Part shown: positions 27,601 through 32,000 of the stretch, piece after piece | Layout: each line of letters starts with the position of its first letter | How positions within the stretch are numbered: position 1 is the stretch's first letter | Source of the DNA: Aquifex aeolicus VF5 | GTDB taxonomy: Bacteria; Aquificota; Aquificia; Aquificales; Aquificaceae | Length of the DNA: 32,000 bases | Direction: 5' to 3' | NCBI RefSeq assembly: GCF_000008625.1 | Contig: NC_000918.1 | Coordinates: 210,001 to 242,000 of the forward strand | Program-made: the position numbers and the translations under genes | Notes under the pieces: model-generated | Database searches by the model: none | Told to the model about the DNA's origin: nothing | What the model saw: the letters and a program-made list of their open reading frames with translations, nothing else

Positions 27601-28302
27601 GCTTGCAGTTCCTACGAGTAGTCCGTTTATCTCTTCGTGTTTCATGAACTCTTTTGCGTTCTGTGGGTTTACACTTCCTCCGTAGAGGATACGGGTCTTC
27701 CCTTCGTTTTTGGGATTGAGCTGGTTTATTAAGTTCCTTATGAAGGTGTGAACCTCAACAGCATCTTCGGGGGTTGCGGGTGTTCCGGTTCCGATAGCCC
27801 ACACGGGTTCGTACGCTATGTCTATTTTATCCGTATGCTCTTCCACACCTGTGAGTGCGAGTTTTATCTGTGTTTCAATGACCTTAAAGGTCATCCCAGC
27901 TTCCCTCTCTTCTTTCTTTTCCCCAACGCATAAAATGGGTCTTATTCCCATCTCTAAGCACGCAACTATCTTCTTGTGAATTAACTCGTCACTCTCACCG
28001 AATATGTGCCTTCTCTCTGAGTGTCCCACTATCACGTACTCACACCCAACTTCTTGGAGCATGGGTATTGATATCTCTCCCGTAAAGGCTCCCCTCTTTT
28101 CGTAGTGACAGTTTTGAGCTCCAAGCTTTACACCCGTTCCCTGAAGCATTTTACCCGCAACGTAGAGGGAAGTAAAAGGAGGACATATGAGTATCTCCCT
28201 GCTTTCGGGGTGTTCAACGAACTTCAGGAAGGTGTTAATGTACTCTTCGGTTTCCTTTACCGTTTTGTTCATCTTCCAGTTTGCGGCTATTAATCTTCTC
28301 AT
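27559..28302 (-). CDS. tpiA: triosephosphate isomerase
   Basis: IAANWKMNK, VIVGHSERR, AYEPVWAIGTG, YGGSV. 247 aa. Confidence 0.9.
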   Translation of the reverse strand: MRRLIAANWKMNKTVKETEEYINTFLKFVEHPESREILICPPFTSLYVAGKMLQGTGVKLGAQNCHYEKRGAFTGEISIPMLQEVGCEYVIVGHSERRHIFGESDELIHKKIVACLEMGIRPILCVGEKKEEREAGMTFKVIETQIKLALTGVEEHTDKIDIAYEPVWAIGTGTPATPEDAVEVHTFIRNLINQLNPKNEGKTRILYGGSVNPQNAKEFMKHEEINGLLVGTASLDPESFAKIVYSF

Positions 28303-28331
28303 AAGATCTAATTCTACTTAAATTGAAAATT

Positions 28332-28340
28332 AAGGAGGTG
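28332..28340 (+). promoter_or_regulatory. Shine-Dalgarno site (aaggaggtg) for the GYD-domain gene
   Basis: Near-perfect SD 6 nt upstream of the ATG at 28347. This supports that start over the track's TTG at 28323. Confidence 0.65.
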
Positions 28341-28346
28341 GGAGCC

Positions 28347-28661
28347 ATGCCTATGTACGTCATGCTTACAAAACTCTCCCCCTACGCGGTCAAAGATCCA
28401 AAGAAATTAAAAGAAATAGAACAGAAAGTTAAGAAATTAATTGAAGAAAACTGTCCCGGTGTGAAGTGGGTAATGAACCTTGTCGTTTTTGGTCCTTACG
28501 ATTATCTGGACGTATTTGAAGCCAAAGACGACGAAGAAGCTTCAAAGGTAGCCCTCATTATACGCTCTTTTGGACATGCAACCACGGAAACCTGGTCAGC
28601 AATGCACTGGAAAGACTTCAAGGAAGTAATAGATAAACTAAAGGGAGTTCCAGTAGCGTAA
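28347..28661 (+). CDS. GYD-domain protein
   Basis: MPMYVMLTKLSP...VVFGPYDYLDVFEAKDDEEASKVALIIRSFGHATTET. GYD family pattern, ~104 aa. Confidence 0.6.
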   Translation: MPMYVMLTKLSPYAVKDPKKLKEIEQKVKKLIEENCPGVKWVMNLVVFGPYDYLDVFEAKDDEEASKVALIIRSFGHATTETWSAMHWKDFKEVIDKLKGVPVA

Positions 28662-29435
28662 AAGAGTTTCTTTTGTCTTTCTTAATACTTCCTCTGTATC
28701 CAGACACATTCTTTCTTCACAAACGTTCGGAAAACAGGGAGAGCAGTCCAAATTTAGTGAAATCTGAAAAACCTTATCTCCTATAGGTCTCCACACGAGT
28801 GGATCGGTAGGACCGTAAACGATAAAGGAAGGAACTCCGAGGTAGGAAGCGAGGTGAGAAATCCCGCTGTCAAGCCCTACGTAAAACCCCGCCGTTTTTA
28901 AGTGCTTTGCTATTTCCAAGGGAGATAGACTGAGAAAGTGAGGACTTAAAACCTCTCTCAAATGCTCTTCCGCCTCGCCGAGGAGGAATACAACTTCCTT
29001 CCCTCTTTCTTCCAGAAAATCTTTAAGTTTTAAAAAGACCTCCAGAGGCGGATTCTTCTTCTTGGAACCGCTGGAAGGGTGGATTACAACTTTACCCTTT
29101 AGAGGTGAATCTTGAACAGGTTTAATAGGCAACTTGGTTGAGAACTCCTCTCCCAGACCGAGGGAATTCAGGTAATGTTTTACTATCCACTCCCTCTTTT
29201 CGGGGAAAGGTTTTACATTTCCTTCAAAGGAAATGATTACTTTTAGATCGAATTCCTCCTCTGGGATAAATGAATAAACTCCGTCAGCGTAACCGACCTC
29301 TTTTGCAATAGAGAAGTAATCCGTATTTCCGACCGCTATCGTTTCGTAACCCCTTCTTTTTAAGATTTCCAAAATTGGGAAAGTTAGAAGAGTGTCACCC
29401 AGCCCACCTCGCCTGTAGAGGAGAGCCTTTTTCAT
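28638..29435 (-). CDS. glycosyltransferase family 9 (heptosyltransferase-like), short form
   Basis: RRGGLGDTLLTFPILEILKRRGYE (GT9 N-terminal signature), VIHPSSGSKKKNPP, GLDSGISHLASYLGVP. At 265 aa it is shorter than typical RfaC/RfaF (recollection). Confidence 0.7.
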   Translation of the reverse strand: MKKALLYRRGGLGDTLLTFPILEILKRRGYETIAVGNTDYFSIAKEVGYADGVYSFIPEEEFDLKVIISFEGNVKPFPEKREWIVKHYLNSLGLGEEFSTKLPIKPVQDSPLKGKVVIHPSSGSKKKNPPLEVFLKLKDFLEERGKEVVFLLGEAEEHLREVLSPHFLSLSPLEIAKHLKTAGFYVGLDSGISHLASYLGVPSFIVYGPTDPLVWRPIGDKVFQISLNLDCSPCFPNVCEERMCLDTEEVLRKTKETLLRYWNSL

Positions 29436-29866
29436 CAGTACCCCAGTCTTATTCTTACCCCTAGGTAAACGAGAAGTAAGCTAAGTATTAAGTTGAGAAT
29501 TCCGAGCCACTTTGCCCATACCCTGTGTTTTTCCGAGTAAAGAGCCTTTTTACCCGCCCACAGGTCGTGAAGCAGTGAGATAAAAACTACCACGAAGAAT
29601 ACACCGAGTTTAGTGTGAATGCTTGGACGGAAGCCGCCTTGAATTAAATAAGTGTTTACTAACCCGGTTACGAATAATAAAAACAAAGATAGGAAAGTTC
29701 CATACAGGGAGAAGCGCTTTCCAACTTCTTGAAAGGCTTCATTCCTTATCTGGGGTTTGTCCTTGAGGTACGGAGCTACCACAAGGGATAAGAAAAGCAT
29801 CCCGCCTACCCAGAAGGTAGCCAGTACCACGTGTAAGAAGAGAAATAGTTCCTTCATAAAAATCAT
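29435..29866 (-). CDS. four-TM integral membrane protein (CopD/HemJ-like His-x6-Trp first helix); function unknown
   Basis: 143 aa with four hydrophobic segments. The first helix reads LFLHVVLATFWVGGMLFL. The family assignment is tentative. Confidence 0.45.
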   Translation of the reverse strand: MIFMKELFLFLHVVLATFWVGGMLFLSLVVAPYLKDKPQIRNEAFQEVGKRFSLYGTFLSLFLLFVTGLVNTYLIQGGFRPSIHTKLGVFFVVVFISLLHDLWAGKKALYSEKHRVWAKWLGILNLILSLLLVYLGVRIRLGY

Positions 29867-30240
29867 TTTACCGCCACAATTTCTATTTCTACTTCCGCAT
29901 TAAGAGGTAGTTCTTTCACACCTACAGTTACCCTTGCGGGTTTGACCGAAACATCTTTGAAGTAATCTTCGTAAATTTCGTTGAGTTCCTTAAACTTCTT
30001 TATGTCCGTAATGTAAATGGTAACTTTTACTATATTCTCCCTCTTGAGACCCGCTTCCTCCAGAATTGCGTCTACGTTCTTGAATATCTGAATTACCTGT
30101 TCTTTAAAACCTTCGACCAGTTTTCCCGTTTCGGGGTTTATACCTATCTGTCCTGAGATGAATAAAAAGCCGTTTACTTCAACTGCTTGAGAGTAAGGAC
30201 CGACGGGAACGGGAGCCTTAGGGGTTTTTATTTCCCTCAC
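29863..30240 (-). CDS. ridA: RidA/YjgF/TdcF-family reactive-intermediate deaminase
   Basis: PKAPVPVGPYSQAV...FISGQIGINPETG...PARVTVGV..LPLNAEVEIE. 125 aa. Confidence 0.85.
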   Translation of the reverse strand: MREIKTPKAPVPVGPYSQAVEVNGFLFISGQIGINPETGKLVEGFKEQVIQIFKNVDAILEEAGLKRENIVKVTIYITDIKKFKELNEIYEDYFKDVSVKPARVTVGVKELPLNAEVEIEIVAVK

Positions 30241-31949
30241 TTTTTGTCCTCCTCAATCTTTTCTTTCACAAAGTCTATAGCCTTTTCTATTTCTACATCC
30301 CACTTTTCTCCCGTGTGTCTGCTCTGAACCTCTACTTTTCCTTCCTTTACCTTTTTACCTACGACAATCCTGTAGGGGAATCCCACTAAATCTGCGTCCG
30401 CGAATTTAAATCCGGGGCTCTCTTCCCTGTCGTCGAATATTACGTCTATTCCCTTTTCCTCCGCCTCCAAGTAAAGCTTTTCCGCCACATTTTTCATTTC
30501 CTCGTCTTTTGTATTCAGGAGTATTATGTCAAGTTCAAAGGGTGCTACGGGAGTTGGCCACTTTATCCCTTTATCGTCGTGGTACTGCTCCACGAGTGCT
30601 GCGAGAATTCTGGAAACGCCTATGCCGTAACAGCCCATAATTATGGGTTTTTCCTTTCCGTCCCTGTCAGTAAAGTAAGCCTTCATGGGTTCCGAGTACC
30701 TCGTTCCGAGCAGGAATATGTGTCCGAGTTCAAGACCTCTCCTTACCTTTAAAGGAGAACCACATTTGGGACATGGGTCTCCTTCCCTTACCTCCGCAAC
30801 GTCTACAAACTCACCGTACTGAAAGTCCCTTCCCGGGTTTACGTTAATGTAGTGCCAGTCGGGTTCGTTCAGGGCAACTACCAGGTTCTTAACGCCGTAT
30901 AGGGAGTTGTCCCACAGAACCTTTATATTTTCTGGGAGGTTGAATATACCTATGAATCCCTTTTTCGTTCCGAGGAGTTCCTGAACTTCTTCGTCCGTTG
31001 CGAGTCTGAAGTTGTCCGTACCTAAGACCTTTTCAAGTTTGTTTTCGTCTATTTCCCTGTCTCCTCTGATTAAGACGAGTACAGGTTCTTTTTCGTTAAC
31101 TATGTAAAGAACGGCTTTCATTATCTTTGAGGGATGGACATCTAAGAACTTTGAGAGTTCTTCTATGGTGTGCACGTTAGGAGTGTGCACTTTTTCCATG
31201 GGTTTTTCTTCTTCTTTTTCTTCTTCGGGTTTCGGAAGGGGAACTATTTCCGCGTTTGCAGCGTATCCGCAGTTTTCACAGTAGGCTACCTTTGCTTCTC
31301 CATAGTCCGTGAATGCAATAAACTCGTGGGACATCTTCCCGCCTATTTGTCCCACATCCGCTTCAGCCATTATTACGTTCAGACGGAGTTTGTTGAAAAT
31401 CCTCTGATAAGCGAACTTCATAGCCTCGTAGGAAATCATCGCGGACATATCGTCCGTATCAAAAGAGTAAGCGTCCTTCATTATGAACTCTCTTGCCCTT
31501 ATTAAACCGAACCTCGGTCTCTTCTCGTCTCTGAACTTTACCTGTATTTGATAAAGAATTACGGGAAGCTGTCTGTATGAACGAACTACTCTTCTAACGA
31601 GGTCCGTTATTTCCTCCTCGTGTGTAGGACCAAGGCAGTACTCCCTCCCGTTTCTATCCTTTAGTTTAAAAAGTTCTTCTCCGTAGGTTTCCCACCTTCC
31701 CGTTTCTTCCCAGAGTTCTTTCGGATTTAAAACGGTAAGGAGTAGTTCCTGCGCTCCGCTCCTGTCCATTTCCTTCCTTATGATGGATTCAACTTTTTTA
31801 AGAACTTTGTAGGCTGGGGGAAGCAGTTCGTATATTCCCGCGGAAACCTGTTTTATAAAACCCGCTTTCAGAAGTAATCTATGGGAAGGCGCTTCAGCTT
31901 CCTTAGGTTCTTCCTTTTCGGTATACAAAAAGTACCTGCTCCAACGCAT
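30237..31949 (-). CDS. proS: prolyl-tRNA synthetase (bacterial type with INS editing domain)
   Basis: Class II motifs (FRDEKRPRFGLIRAREFIMKDAYSF; GCYGIGVSRILA), a central INS-like insertion and a C-terminal anticodon-binding domain. 570 aa. Confidence 0.9.
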   Translation of the reverse strand: MRWSRYFLYTEKEEPKEAEAPSHRLLLKAGFIKQVSAGIYELLPPAYKVLKKVESIIRKEMDRSGAQELLLTVLNPKELWEETGRWETYGEELFKLKDRNGREYCLGPTHEEEITDLVRRVVRSYRQLPVILYQIQVKFRDEKRPRFGLIRAREFIMKDAYSFDTDDMSAMISYEAMKFAYQRIFNKLRLNVIMAEADVGQIGGKMSHEFIAFTDYGEAKVAYCENCGYAANAEIVPLPKPEEEKEEEKPMEKVHTPNVHTIEELSKFLDVHPSKIMKAVLYIVNEKEPVLVLIRGDREIDENKLEKVLGTDNFRLATDEEVQELLGTKKGFIGIFNLPENIKVLWDNSLYGVKNLVVALNEPDWHYINVNPGRDFQYGEFVDVAEVREGDPCPKCGSPLKVRRGLELGHIFLLGTRYSEPMKAYFTDRDGKEKPIIMGCYGIGVSRILAALVEQYHDDKGIKWPTPVAPFELDIILLNTKDEEMKNVAEKLYLEAEEKGIDVIFDDREESPGFKFADADLVGFPYRIVVGKKVKEGKVEVQSRHTGEKWDVEIEKAIDFVKEKIEEDKK

Positions 31950-32000
31950 AGGAATATTTTACGAAACTTAAAATATGTATACATTTACTTAATATGGATC

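Noticed and set aside
31170-31505. 111-aa plus-strand ORF containing FFFFFFFF
   Set aside because: It is antisense to the EEEKEEEK segment of proS and is a mirror-image artefact.
31950-32000. Possible leader or T-box upstream of proS, or a new gene starting at the ATG near 31994
   Set aside because: Only 51 nt are available before the window ends, so neither can be evaluated.

Overview
Gene-dense core-chromosome window with about 35 genes on both strands, from a hyperthermophilic bacterium. The WaaA sequence, a 634-aa LeuRS that stops before KMSKS, and the Lys/Glu-rich proteins point to Aquifex aeolicus or a very close relative. That assignment is recognition from memory, not a search. Most content is unlinked housekeeping: murI, waaA, hemE, cysQ, mazG, hldD, pth, ribBA, leuS-alpha, mlaE, cimA/leuA, dinG-like, lptF/G-like, tpiA, ridA and proS, plus three tRNAs (Leu-GAG, Gly-GCC, Cys-GCA). 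I saw no CRISPR array, transposase, integrase, phage gene or long repeat, and I could not support a coherent novel multi-gene system. The most unusual feature is a ~3.15 kb, visibly AT-rich sensor gene (PhnD-like/PAS/GAF/PAS/GGDEF/EAL) broken into six reading-frame segments by five frameshifts; four sit in A5-A9 runs and the fifth is in an A-rich stretch where I could not place it exactly. Single frameshifts, each placeable at a short A/T run, also split ribosomal protein L25/Ctc and a DUF815 AAA ATPase. Other points are the split LeuRS alpha subunit, a probable histone-fold protein, an orphan ParB/DGQHR-like protein and an orphan vWA protein. All nine convergent gene junctions overlap (4-42 nt), and several divergent spacers are only 9-28 nt.
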